Shown here one piece after another: positions 39,850 to 53,048 of a stretch of DNA of 64,000 bases (positions are counted from its first letter, which is position 1; each line of letters begins with the position of its first letter). Position numbers and translations under genes: made by a program. The stretch lies in contig NC_083445.1 of NCBI RefSeq assembly GCF_020745735.1, positions 7,068,001-7,132,000 on the forward strand. Direction: 5' to 3'. Source of the DNA: Hemiscyllium ocellatum. Its lineage: Eukaryota. The notes under the pieces were generated by a model. The model did no database searches, was not told the origin of the DNA, and was given only the letters and a program-made list of their open reading frames with translations.

Positions 39850-40252
39850 AACCCAGTTCAGGATGTCTCACTCCCCTTCCATCTACCCGTGTCCTGCGAT
39901 ATTCACAGTGGCAACATAGATGGTCATCAGTGGACATCTATTCATGTCCACAACTGGAGACTGAAATGTCAGCTGTGAAATTTTAATAGACCAGCCTAAA
40001 ACAGGAGGAAAAATAACGTGGTTTCAGTCTTTGGTCTTCAGACTTGCTGGATTTAAAAAGTGACATGGTCTGAGATGGACAATATACCCTCCTGGATCTT
40101 CAGGCCATAACATGGATTTTTATACATGTGAACTTTTGGTTAATTGGAGTGAAATATTAAACAGATAATGTTCCTGTTGAACATGTATTTTGTGGGTTTC
40201 ATTAACGTGTTAGGTAATTGAAGATGAAGTTGCCTTGTTTACAGGAATGAAA

Positions 40253-40258
40253 AATAAA
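40253..40258 (+). terminator. Probable polyadenylation signal of the DR1-like gene
   Basis: AATAAA ~400 nt after the stop, followed by T/GT-rich sequence. Confidence 0.6.
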
Positions 40259-41429
40259 AGAGAAGTAGACATTCCTTTGTGTCTGTAACACTTTTTTTGC
40301 AGCTTTTCATTAGTGTTTAATTACATTCTATCTTTCCTTTTATAACGAGCATTTCTGAATTGTTTCTTGTGATGCTGAGTCATGCTTGTCCTTAATTTGC
40401 TGTCTGAAGGGGAGCATTGCTTTGCAGTTACTTTGTTGGGTTGATGGGGGATGCTGGATTTCTTTCAGAAAACATTATGGTTTGCTGGGCCCATTGAGAG
40501 TTGCGAAGGCTCCCTTCCCTGAAGGACACTAGGTCTGCATTTGGTGCTAATTGGGCAGCATTCAAGGCTGCTCGTTGGATGCTGCCTGAACTGCTGTACT
40601 CTTCCAGCACCACTGATCCAGAATCAAGGCTATCTGTAACCAAGGGAGAACAGTCCCTGTATCTGTGGGTGGGACAGTACCTGTCGACAGTCTCACCTGT
40701 AACACTGCATCCTTGATATCGGAAGGATAATGATAGTGGTGGAAATTAAAAATGTTAAGCAGTCTTTACCCCTCATTAAGTGGAACTCAAACACCCAGAG
40801 GAAAAGACTTATTTTGTAGCTGGTACAACCTGCTTTTAAGTTCCACTGAAGTACAGCAGAGGAAACTAGCTATTTTAAACGTCACGTCAAAACTATAATT
40901 CCATTTCAAATTGTTTTTATGCCTTTTAATTGACTTCTAAATCATTGAATGTTTCAGTAAGCAGTGGGAATTAACTGGAAGGCTATAATTAATCCTTGTC
41001 AATATTTTAATTTCCATCTAAGTTTGCAGAAATTACAGGGGAGCCGATTTTTATTTTTCTTTTGGCTTTTCATTATAAGCAGCAGGTAGCTCCTAAATCT
41101 CAGCTGCCAAGAGCAACATTTAGCCCTGCTGTGCTGACCAGACAGCTTCCAGTTGGAATCCCCAGTGCTGAGTTTGCTGATTTCTCAAGACAGCAGTTGA
41201 GAGTTTACTCTTGCTTTCGGAGTATCCCTGCCCCTGTAGGTGCCAGGGAGTTTCTTGCGTTCCAACCTTTTTGCTCCGATCAGCCAACACATAGTGCAAT
41301 GAGTGCTACAAGTGAGGAGTATGAAGAGCATAAGGCTCCAAATGATAGCCTCTACCCCTGAGGAGGAGATGAGAGAACGCCACCACCACGTGCAAGTTTC
41401 CCTTCAAGCCACCAACCACTCAGCTTGGA

Positions 41430-44380
41430 ACAGGGAAGACCAATAAGGAGCACTTAATGAACTTGGACACAATCCTTGGATATTTCTCCGAGGTAGGCAT
41501 ATGCCTTCGAAGAGAAAAATGTGTGTTCCAGCCACCTCATGTGACCTACTTGGGCTACAGAGTTGACAAAACAGGGTTACACCTGTTGGAAGATAAAGTG
41601 ATGGTGATCAAAGGTGCCCTCACTCTCACATCTGTACCAGAGCTTAGGTCTTTCCTTGAGCTGGTTAATTATTACAGAGTTCATGTACCATCTGGCCTCT
41701 ATCCTGGCATCTTTGCATCAACTCAAAAGAGGGTTAGCCTTAGCAATAAGTTAAAAATCCCACAACACCAGGTTTAGTCCAACAGATTTAATTGCAACTA
41801 CTAGCTTTTGGAGTGCTGCTTCTTCATCAGGTGGTTGTGAGCAGTGCTCTGAAAGCTCGTGCTCCCACTTAAACCCGTTGGATTATAACCTGGTATTGTG
41901 TGATTTTTAACTTTGTACACCCCAGTCCAACACCAGCATCTCTAAATCAAGCCTTGGAATGGGTTGTGTGGTCAAGCCATCACTTTCAGGGAAATGAAGG
42001 AACAGTTATCATCCTCCAAGATGTTGGCAAGCTACGATCCTAAGTGAGATTGTGGTATTGACATGCTCGGTTCCCCCTGTACTGCACTGGGGTAGTATTA
42101 GCTCATGAGTGGCCCAATGGAGAGGAATGCCCAATAATGTATGCATACCGGACTTTGGCTAATGCAGACCATAAGTGCACCCAAATAGAGATGGAGGGTT
42201 TGGTTTGTAGTCAGGACGTTCCACCCATACCTTGTAGTGGAAGTAAATTTGTAATAACAGGCCACGTACCCCTGCTAGGTTTACTTAAAGAGGACAAGGC
42301 AGTGCCACCCATAGCTTCAGACCTCAGTAAGCTGTAACATAAAGTGTGTAAAATTATAAGTTGGAACATCATCTGGGAGTACATGTAGCAAACGCAGATG
42401 CCCCACCAGTGGTACTGACACTGGAAGAGTCCATGATGCTTTAAAATTTTCTGCGCACACTTCGGGTTAGAGCTGACGATATCGACTTTGGATCCAGAAA
42501 GGTCCGCTTCTGGCAAAACTGAAACAGCTGGTGGTGGATGGGGGAAACCAAAGGGCCATCACAACCAAAACTGAAACCTTTCTGGACCTTGGCAAGACCA
42601 GATCAGAGTAGAGGATGGATATTGTTATCAGGAGGAGGAATGACTGTCTCGAGCAAAGGTTGCTGCCAGATATTGCTTGAACTCCACCAGCATCAACCCG
42701 GGACTTCTGAAATGAAGCTATTAGCGAGAAGGTGGCCAGGATTGGGTGCAGATGTAGCTGGATTGGAGGGGCAGTGCCCAGAGCGCCAACCAGGACAAAA
42801 ATTACTGCCAGCAGCTCCCCCATATTAGTGGCAATGGCCAGCTAAACCCTAGACTCGGTACCATCAACTATGCAAGTTCGTTCGTGGGGTCAATGTTCTT
42901 CGTCATTGTGGATGCTCACTCAAAGTGAAAGGATGTGTGTAGAGTTCATTTGTCAAACACGGGGATGGCGATAGAAAACCTATGTGCATCTTGTGTAAAA
43001 CACTGACTCCCAGAAGTGTTGGTCACAGATAATGGGCCATCGTTTACTGGTGGTATGGTGTTTGACATGTAAGGATAGCTCTGTAACATCATCATCTGAT
43101 GGCCTGGCAGAAAGAGCAGTCCAAAGGCAGGTTTAAAGAAACAGCCTACACCCTCCCTACATACCAAACTGTCCTGGTTCCTTTTTGATTATAGGACCAT
43201 TCCTCATGCAACTACAGGGAGAGCTCCAGCAGAGTTGCTAATAGGGTGAAGACTCCGCACCAAGTAAAATCTGATTTTCCTGGACCTGAGGAGGATGAAA
43301 CTGCATTAGAAACACCAACGTCAAGCTCACAACTCTGCTAAGTGAGGGAGATGGTTTACTTCAATGTAGGAACCAAGGAATGGGGGAGAGGTGTGGTTGA
43401 CCCAAGATCAGATCCAGTGACATGCAAAGTTTAGGGTAGCTGCGAAAGTCCTGAGCAAGCAGGTGGTCCACGTGAAAGGTGCAAATGGAGTGGGAGCAAA
43501 ATGTGCCCAACTCCTCCAAAGCCTTTCCGACTGTTCCAAAACCCGTGGGGTTGAACGTTGAAGTTACCTCAATATCCGAGATAGACACAGTGGGTGTCGC
43601 TGCCTCAACACCTTTGCCACCTGAAAAAGAGTGAGTTTTTTCCAAGACTCTCCAAGTGCAAGAGGTACGCTCCTGTGTGTTACACGCTGCCCATATCAGA
43701 GGCAGGGTCAGAGGAACCTGACCCGGTGCTGGAATGCCCCCGGCTGAATTACAAAACAAAGAACCGGCCTATGTCCTTGGACTCAGAGGAGGAGGGATAT
43801 AGTGATTGTAACGAGGCCAGCTAGGTGGAACTCATAGAATATGAGTTCCCTGATTGAACCAGGTTAACAGCCCCAATCAGGGAGCCTTGGCTAACAGATA
43901 CAAACAGGCTTTGGAGCATCGCCCTCTGAGAAGGGCACTGCTTGTCACAGGCCACTCGGGTGTTTCCTTTCTTCCTGGTGGTGGAAATTGAATAAAGATT
44001 TGTATTTGTGTTGTCTCTCACTGTGTCCTATACCTGCACACACACAATATGGGTTCTGGGGAAAATACAAGTACTACTGCAGTTAAGCAGTAGTGTGGGG
44101 GTAAAAAAAAAATTTAAATAGATTTAGAATCTTCTCAGAAAAAAAACCCAGGATTTAGAAGTGCTCGTGTTGGGTACATTAAGTTAAAAATCAACAACAC
44201 CAGGTTATAGTCCAACAGGTTTATTACAAACAGGAGTATCAGAGGATCTGTTCACTCTGACACAGCTCGCTCAGAGCCAGCTCTCAGTGTCAAGGAAATA
44301 AAGGGTTATCCTCCCAATAACCATATCCACGTGTAAGCAAAGGGTGACTTGGAGATACCAGCCTCTCTGGAGTTATTTCA
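41430..44380 (+). mobile_element. Decayed, 5'-truncated Ty3/Gypsy LTR retrotransposon: RT thumb, RNase H, integrase, polypurine tract, 3' LTR
   Basis: REKCVF..VTYLGYRVDK..VPELRSFLELVNYY; AYRTLANADHKCTQIEMEGL; LLELHQHQPG..MKLLARRWPGL (integrase zinc-finger remnant); VIVDAHSK; TDNGPSFT. Polypurine tract 43785-43797; LTR ~43798-44380 ending ttatttCA. Confidence 0.85.
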
Positions 44381-47300
44381 CTTTGTAGTCAACAAGTCTA
44401 TTGATGCTGACTGCCCAGGCTTATGCAAGAAATGACTTCTCCCCGAGGATCATGGGTACCTATTGTATATGTAGAGGGCGATAGAAATATTTATAAATTA
44501 AACCAAATGTTGCTGTGAGAAAGATCTGGAAGTTGTATGTCTGAAGGAACTGGATTCTCGTGAATGAGTGCACTTTTACTGCACACCATTAGGTGGCATT
44601 AAGTATACAGACTGTGAAGTTCCTTTTGAATACATCCTCATAGTTTTCTGGGTTTATTTAAACATATGTTGAACAATCATTGCTGGATGGCGTGCAGCAA
44701 TCAGCACATATTAAACTGATTATATTCTGTGCATGAAATACTGAATGATACTTACAATAAATTCCAAGCATATCTGTGGAAGTACTAATTATTGTACATC
44801 ATAGCTCAAAAATGCTGTTTATGATATACCAGTTCTTTATATTGTGTGTGAGAGAGGCCAGGCAGACTATTTTACTTTTGGTACAACAATGAAAATTCAT
44901 ACACGTGTACATTCCAGCATTAACAATCAAAGATGGTAAAACCTCCTCCCTTTTGCCTAAGGACTACAAGCCAATGATTACACTAGCCCTGTAATCTCAG
45001 CCAGCTCCTCACTACCTGAAACTGTCCTTGTGCTGCACTAAATGGTTTTGTTGCATTTACTTGCTGGGGAACCCAAAACAAATCTTACACTAATCTGTAA
45101 TGAGCTGTTACCCGCAATGCAGCCAAATAACTGTGCAATGACTATTGAGGTTAATTTCAGATGTACATTACACCAACCAGGCCAGGAGTTAGATCTTCTT
45201 GTTTCCCCCCCCCCCCCCCCTTTAAAATGTTGGTTAGGTGGGTTTGTTTTATGACAAAGATGTGGTAGTTTCATGGTCATCATGTCTAATATGACTTTTG
45301 TTATTCCAGATTGATTTAATTAATTGAAGTTAAATTCCCCAGCTGCTCCCTTTTTGAACTCATTGCTGATTCATTAGTACAAAGCTAAGGGATTATTGAT
45401 CTGCTGACATAGAAATTATACCATCGAACATTTTACGTACTTCCCAATCTCACCTGTGGCTGCTGCTTGTAACTGTACTGACCAAGGAATGGGTACCTTC
45501 TCGTCTACCTATTCAGAGATGTTATGACACATTTCTAGAGCGTGCAGGATTTGAACCTAGACCTCCTGGTTCAGAGGAAGAGACACTACCAATGTGCCAC
45601 AAGAACCCTTGCTGTAATGAAATGTCACATTTGTCTGTTTTGTGCCACCCTAAGCCACAATCTCAGTGAATATTGGAGAAAATTCAATGGCTGAAAGGCC
45701 TATGTCCAATCCTACAACTTATGCTCACACAGCCAGCATGGCTCTTCTGCAACCATGGAGTCATACAACACTGAAGAGACCCTTCAGTCCATTGTACCTA
45801 TGCTGACCTATCTACACTAATCCCACTTTCCAACATTTGTCCTATAACCTTGAAAGCTATGACATTTCAAATGCCCACCCAACCAATTCTACAGATTGTG
45901 GGGTTTTCCTGCCTCAGGTCGCATCCGATGTAGTCTGGAATGGTATGTAGGCCACACCAGGTAAGGATAACAGCTTCCTTCCCTCAAGGACATTAGTGAA
46001 CCAGATGGATTTTCCTGACAATTGGCAGTGGATTCATGATCATCACTAGACTCTTAGTGTCAGATTTTTATTGAGTTCAAATTCCACCATCTCCTGTAGC
46101 AGGACTTGAACCTAAGCCATCCTCTGTCTTCAGGATTACATCTGTTACCTTTTGTTATCATTTGTTCAAAATAGACAACTTACTGACTTGTTCCAGGCTT
46201 CACTCTAGTCTCTTCCAACGTATTCCTACGAACTGCAATTCTTTTTATCCATTCGCTGACATTCTTACCACGCGGTGGTTAAAAGTTCCTTCTGGATTCC
46301 CTGTGTAATGTCGCAGGGTCATAACTGCGTGGAATCTATGATGGTTGTATATAGACTGATCCAATCAGTCCTATTCTCCAACTATATATCCATAGACCTG
46401 TGGGTTTATTTCCCTCAAACACCCATGGCATTTCCTTTTGCAACACAGCTCCAGAATATGAGGCTGTGGAATTGATTTCCTCGTCATTACTGTTAATCTT
46501 GTAACAACCATTCGATGAAGGAGAAGAAGCAAAGTCAATCTTTGCTCAGTTTCGATTTATATAGCTCCCAAACTTTCTTTCGACTCCACTGTCAGTCAAT
46601 ATCTCTTCCTATTTGCTCAAAAGTGATTTTCTGGTGCAGTGGTAGTGTCCTGACCTCTGCACCAGAGGGTCCAGATTCAAATCCCACCTACTCCCTATCT
46701 GAAAAGGTTGGTTAATTCTTCCTCAAAGAACTATATTTGGTCAAATATAGAATTCCTTTCACCTGTTTATCCTGACTCAACATTTATGCAATTACCAAGT
46801 ATCAATTGTCTCTATCTCTCTCACATATTTCTCCACCTCAAACATATCTTCACCCAAAAATTTAAATCTGTGGTGCCGAGTCATTCTACCTTGATTGATG
46901 GGAAATTTGTGTCTTTGTCCACCCTTTCTCAGCTTATCACAATCTTGTACACCTCTATCAGGTCTCCCTTTGTTCAAAAAAAAAACAAACCTAGCTTCTC
47001 CAACCTAACCTTGTAACTAAAATCCCTTATCCCTGGAACCATCTTGGTAAGTCTGTTCTGCACAGCCCTACCAAATTAGACATCCTTTCAATATCTTGTG
47101 ACTATTTATATTTAAGTTTACTTGTCTATACATTGTGAGAGATTACTCTGTTCACTGTTTTGATGTTGTTCTTTGTGGCAATCTTAGACCATAATCAAGT
47201 CTACAGTCTATCCTACTGTATCTGCAACATATAGGCAACTTATAAGCTACTTCCCACTTCTTCTGAGATATAATTAAGGAAAGTATGTAGATTATCATGA

Positions 47301-47996
47301 CAGCCAGGCAGGTATAACGACCACAGAGTGTCTCTTGCATTCCTGACGCTGTTGGGATGTTGTGTATAATCCACACTGAGATGGACTGCGGGGATTGTGA
47401 ACAGAAATGAAAGCCCATCAATGATGGGAGAATTCACGAGCTGTCACTTTCCCTTGCACCCGTGCACTTTAAAAAGGATGTTAAGTCTTTGGAGAGAGTG
47501 CAGCAGAGATTTAACAAGCAACGAACGCTTTTGGTTGTCTGCAGAGATTTTTAATTGGAATAAAAACAGAAAATGCTGGAAATACTCAGCAACTCAGGCA
47601 ATACCTGTGGAGACAGAAACTGGTCAGGTCAATAACCTTTCAGCAGACATTAGATTTGATCTCCTTGGACAGGCGAAGGTTAGAGGGATTGAAGAAAGGT
47701 GTCTAAAATCTGGAAAGGTTTTCACAGAGATGATCGAAAGATACTGTTTCTACTGAAAGTGAGAAGGCTATTTCAGATTCCTGCAACTTCCACAGTTTGG
47801 CTTCCATTTAGCACAGCAGAACTGAGTCAGAAAATTGAAAATTAACAAGGTAGAAAGGACTAACTAACACTGAGACGAGACAGTCTGTTATGTCTTCCCC
47901 CACCCACAGCCAAGCAATCTCCTGGGAATAGCAAGTCAAAACAGGGGTAAACCCAAACCCCATTGTGGGGGATGAGGGAAAAATATACTCAGGGAG

Positions 47997-48163
47997 AAGT
48001 CCAAAGATGTGCGGGTCAGGTGAATCGGCCATGCTAAATTGCCCGTAGTGTTAGGTAAGGGGTAAATGTAGGGGTGGGTTGCGCTTCGGCGGGTCGGTGT
48101 GGACTTGTTGGGCCGAAGGGCCTGTTTCCACACTGTAAGTAATCTAATCTAATCTAACCTAAT
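47997..48163 (+). mobile_element. 5'-truncated V-SINE
   Basis: 3' half with (taatc)n tail. Confidence 0.85.
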
Positions 48164-48379
48164 CAATCCTCTCTGACCTTGCTGTCAGTATTAATTCAGA
48201 AGATTTCATGATGCAGGTGATGTTGGTGAATATTTGTCTTTTATGTGGCGTGGGCTCATTTGACAGTGGCAGTGCCTTACCTCTGAGCCAGGAGGCCCAA
48301 CTGTGCTAGGGTGAGGGTGTCCCTTTAACAACACCAGCCGTGTACACCTTGCTGCAGATAGGGTGCTTGTTGTGTTAGT

Positions 48380-48490
48380 GTGATACTGCAGTGAGGCGCA
48401 GTTGAGCTGTCTCTGAGGCGGGCTGGTGCCGGTGACGCGGGACTACGCAGCGCAGGGAAAGTCGCAGCTTGGAATGAACCAGGGGGCTGG
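48380..48490 (+). promoter_or_regulatory. Candidate promoter / 5' end of the TRIP10-like gene
   Basis: Local CpG/GC cluster (gaggcgggctggtgccggtgacgcgggactacgcagcgc) ~200-300 bp upstream of the MEWGSELW exon in an otherwise CpG-poor region. Confidence 0.5.
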
Positions 48491-48678
48491 AGAAATGTTT
48501 ACAGTTTAAAGGATGCCAAGCACACCATTCATATAGGGAGCAGTTTCTGTAATCAAATTCAACCATAGGACAAGAGACCGGACCAAGTGAGTGGAGAAAC
48601 AAAAAAGGAAATTAACAAAGAGACTGCTGAGCAATCTTCTCTCTCCCCAGCCTGAATTAAAGGCAGAGTTAAAACATC

Positions 48679-48702
48679 ATGGAGTGGGGTTCGGAGCTTT
48701 GG
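48679..48702 (+). CDS. TRIP10: First coding exon (MEWGSELW) of an F-BAR gene, TRIP10/CIP4-like (FNBP1/FNBP1L family); no further exon identified in the window
   Basis: atcATGG Kozak, 24 nt, then a perfect gtgagt donor. Matches the family's 8-codon first exon (TRIP10 MDWGTELW, FNBP1/FNBP1L MSWGTELW). CpG-richer patch just upstream; synteny with GPR108. Confidence 0.78.
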
Positions 48703-49869
48703 GTGAGTGTTACTTTTTTAAAAAAAAATATATACTGAGAAACCCTGGGGATGTTGATGGTGAGGTTTTTGGGGAGGTGTATTGGATTTGGCAAGATTGA
48801 GAAAGGGAGCATTTACAATTTACTCCCATCCAGAAACGAGTTGGGAAAGTTTTTTTTTCAACTGGGTCCCAATTATTTTCTTTAAAAGTTGTAATGACAA
48901 AAGTTGTTTCTTCCCTGTTCTCTAATGTCTGCTGGTGCATTTGTTGTAGGAGAGAGTGTTTTAGTCTTTACTTGTGAGGATAGAAAGGGTTGGCTCTCTC
49001 TCTCTATCTATCTCTATCTCTCTGTGCTGTTTCAGATTTTGGCTCTTTTTTTTAAGTTGGGAGTGGGATCGAGTTCCCAACTTCCCCCAAGTGCATGTTT
49101 GTTTTTGGTGGGGGGGTGGGAGTGAGGAAATTCTCCTCGATCCTCTCGCCTCCCTCCTGCCCAGTCCAGTTGTGTTTGCTATTAACCAACGTGAGAAAAA
49201 GCACAAGTCGCTTTTTGCAATTTCTTTTTATAAAACAAAAAGAAACGATTTGCTTTTTTTTAATTTTAAAGCCCCCTCTGTGATACACGAGCGTTTCCCA
49301 GTTCACGGGTTTGAATGGGGCTGGACATAATGCGAGATTTCGACGCCTCTGTCTGGGGGAGCCCTGCGATTCTCCCCTTGCCCAGTCTCTCCTGCAGCAG
49401 ACCTTTTGTGAGGAAGCTGTATCACTGTAACTGCGTTACCTTTTTTGTTTCCCCTTCTGGTGGAGGAGCTGAGAGATGAATCTTTATTGAGATTCACCTT
49501 GACCAGCCCTGTTTTTAATCACAGCCATATTTATCAAGGCTTTTACTGAGCGTGGTTGGGGGTTGGGGGGGTTTGGGAGCTCAGCTTTTCGGGTGTATCC
49601 GCTGAACCGCAGATCCATGCAGTTGCCTTCTTATAATCACAGCACAAAGGGAGCCCTTTCGGCCCGTCGTTGATTGTGCAAGCTCGTTTAATCTGACCAG
49701 GCAGCTCTTTTCCCCAGAGCCTGGCTTGAGAAATCCCAGGACCAAATCCTCAGCAGAGGAATTCACTGGCATTTGTCCTAGTCTTGTTGTTGTCAAATAT
49801 CTGTACGTCAGACTTTGAGGAGGTTAATCATGTGTCTGTGTTGGCAATGTCTTCAGACAGATGAACAAG

Positions 49870-50215
49870 ATACAATTGAGGTGTACAAGATGATTAGGGG
49901 TTTAGATAGAGTTGACAGTGAGAATCTTTTTCCGCTAATGGAGTCAGCTGTTACTAGGGGACACAGCTTTAAATTAAGGGATGGTAGGTATAGGACAGAT
50001 GTTAGGGGTAGATTCTTTACTCAGTGGGTTGTGAGTTCATGGAATGCCCTGCCAGTAGCAGTGGTGGACTCTCCCTCTTTATGGTCATTTAAGCGGGCAT
50101 TGGATAAGCATATGGAGGTTATTGGGCTAGTGTAGGTTAGGTAGGCTTTGGTCGGTGCAACTTCGAGGGCCGAAGGGCCTGTACTGCGCTGTATTTTTCT
50201 ATGTTCTATGTTCTA
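49870..50215 (+). mobile_element. Relatively intact CR1 3' end
   Basis: IEVYKMIRGLDRVDSENLFPLMESAVTRGHSFKL...WNALP, with (tatgttc)n tail. Confidence 0.88.
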
Positions 50216-50695
50216 ATTTCAGTAGGTATTTGTAGGTAGTACATTGTATTTGGGGCATGATACAGGCCATTTGGCTCAACTTCCTTTTACTTCTTTTATG
50301 AAGCATTGCTAGCTTGACCAGCCCATCCCTAACAGACCTGGTGGAGGCAAGCTGCCTTGTTGAACAGCTGCAATCCATGTGGCGTAGGTGTACCTTTTAC
50401 TACAGTTCGAGGTGATGTTTCAGGACTTTAACCCAGTAACAGTGACAGAGCAGCAATTATAGTTCCAAGTCAGGGTAGTCTGTGACTTGGAGAAGAACTG
50501 GTGCTGGTGTTCTTGTTAATTTACTGCAATTGTCCTTCGAGGGAGTGGGGATTATGCTTTAGATTGTTCTGTCGAGGGAGCCTTGGTAAATTTCTGCCAT
50601 GCATCTGGTACATGCTGCTGCCGAGTGTCAGTGGTGGAGGGTTTGGATTCTGTGGGTGCGGTGCCAATTAGATGGGCTGCTTTGTCCTGGATGGT

Positions 50696-51117
50696 AGATT
50701 AGAGTGGTGCTGGAAAAGCACAGCAGTTCAGGCAGCATCCATGGGGACATGACTTGTCCTACCGGCCTATCCTCCTTTCCACCTATCCACTCCATCCTCC
50801 TCTCTGACCGATCACCTCCATTCCCACACCCATTCACCCATTGTACTCTTTGCTACCTTCCCCACCCTCCTCCCTGCCCTATCACCTTCATCCCTACCCC
50901 CACTCACCTATTGTACTCTTTGCTACTTTCTCCCCATCTCGACCCTCCTGACATTTATCTCTCCACCCTGCAGGCACTCTGCCTCTATTCCTGATGAAGG
51001 GCTTTTGCCCGAAACGTAGATTTTTCTACTCCTCAGAAGCTGTCTGAACTGCTGTGCTTTTCCAGCACCACTCTAATCCAGAAACTGGTTTCCAGCGTCT
51101 GCAATCATTGTTTTACC
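50696..51117. mobile_element. Penelope-like element with inverted 5' piece and pyrimidine-rich 3' region, 14-bp TSD
   Basis: ttgtcctggatggt at 50682-50695 and 51118-51131; CTGATGAAGGGCTTTTGCCCGAAACGTA core. Confidence 0.78.
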
Positions 51118-52509
51118 TTGTCCTGGATGGTGTTGAGCTTCACGAGTATGTTGGGAGTGTTCCATCACACTCCTGACTTGTGCCTCATCAGCTTTGAGGA
51201 GAGAGGAAACAGGGGACTGTTCACACTTTTCCTAGTCTCTGACCTGCTCTTGCTGCTGTAGTTAAATTAATGGTCCAGTCTGTTTCAGGTCCATAATGAT
51301 TTTGAGGTTGTTGATTAGTCCGGGACTATGGTAAGATCATTGGGTGTCAAGGGGAGACGGTCAGTTATCTCTTTGACCATTTGTTCCAAGGGATATGGAT
51401 GTATGAATTTCCATCCCTCATTGGAAATAATGGTGGGTTGCTTTGAACCACTGTTTCAGGTAATAGTTGCCAGGAACTTGTGTGACACAAATGTTATTTG
51501 TCTAGTGCTCAGAGTAATCCAGGTTTTACCACATACAAGCACTAACTGTTCAATGTTGGTATTTTTGCTCCATGTGAATTCCTCCCACCCTTTTGATCTC
51601 ACCCTATCAGTTACGCCGAATGTTCTTGTCTCCTCCATGTGGTTTTTCTAGTTTCTCTTCAAATATTATTTCTCCCAACTACTTCCTGTGAGAGGGAGTT
51701 CCATTTTCTCTCTACTCTGTGTAAAGACATTTTACCTGATTTCCCATTATTAGTGATGATCTCACTTAGATCTGGTCTGACCAGCAAGGGGAAATATCCA
51801 CTCTTTGTCAATCCTGTCAAAGCTGATTTGTCATTTTGACACTTGCTCCTCCATTGTCTGTTTTACAGATAAATGAATCATTCACTCTTTCCTGACAGAC
51901 GCTCAATTGTTGTGACCATTTTTTTGCATATATCCAGTGCCCCTGCATCCCATTTATAATCTGAGCACCAGGGCAGTTCGCAATCCTGAGTTTGTCTAAC
52001 CCAACTTTAATGCAGTACTCTGCTTTCAATTCAACCTGTTTCTAACTTTAGTGACTTCTTTCTCTACAGCCCGAGATCCTTCCGTTTCCTATTTAAATGC
52101 TTACTTTTCCTACCAAAAGTGTTTAATCTTACATCATGTTAAAATATATTTGCCATTATGGGTACATTCTGCAAGTTTGTTAATGTGTTTGTGTTATCTT
52201 GTAGTCCTCCACATTAACTATTCCCTTCAATTTCGGTTACACCTGCAAATTTTGAAATTGCGTGCCAGAATCGTAATCGCTGTTCCCAGGATCAATCCTT
52301 ATGGAATGCCACTTCCTATTTTTTGCCAGTGGCTGAGTAACTACTTGTGGGCCTGCCCTGTTATCCGTCGCCTCACAATGCATGTTGTCACAACAAGATG
52401 AGGAACAGTTGTAAAGAGAAAGGATTAATGAGTGTTGTGGGGGAAGGGGAAGGAGTGATGATGGCCTCAAATTTCCGCCTGTGATGGTTATCACTGAAGT
52501 CAGGTAAAT

Positions 52510-53048
52510 AGAGTCAGAGAGCTGTATAGCACAGAAACAGACCCTTCGGTCCAACTCGTCCAAGCCAACCAGAAATCCCCACCTGCCAGAACCTGGCCCA
52601 CATCCCTCCAAACCCTTCCTATTCATATACCCATCCAAATGCCTCTTAAATGTTGCGATTGTACCAGCCTCCACCATATCCTCTGGAAGCTCATTCTATA
52701 CACGAGCCACCCTCTGCATGAAAGAATTGCCCCTTAGGTCTCTTTTATATCTTTCCCCTCTCACCCTAAACCTATGCCCTCTAGTTATGGACTCCCCCAC
52801 CCCAGGGGGAAAAAAAACCTTGTCTACTTACCCTATCCATGCCCCTCGTGATTTTATAAACCTCTGTAAGGTCATTCCTCATGAATCTGACGCTCCAGGG
52901 AAAACAGCCCCAGCCTATTCAACCTCTCCTTGTAGCTCAAATCCTCCAACCTTGGCAACATCCTTGTAAATCTTTTCTGAACCCTTTCAAGCTTCACAAC
53001 ATCTATCCAATAGGAAGGAGACCAGAATTGCACGCAATATTCCAACAG
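52510..53048 (-). mobile_element. CR1 3' fragment
   Basis: VEAGTIATFKRHLDGYMNRKGLE on the minus strand. Confidence 0.88.

Noticed and set aside
41457-43260. Domesticated Gypsy-derived gene
   Set aside because: Multiple stops, frameshifts, a nested insertion and loss of the RT catalytic region.
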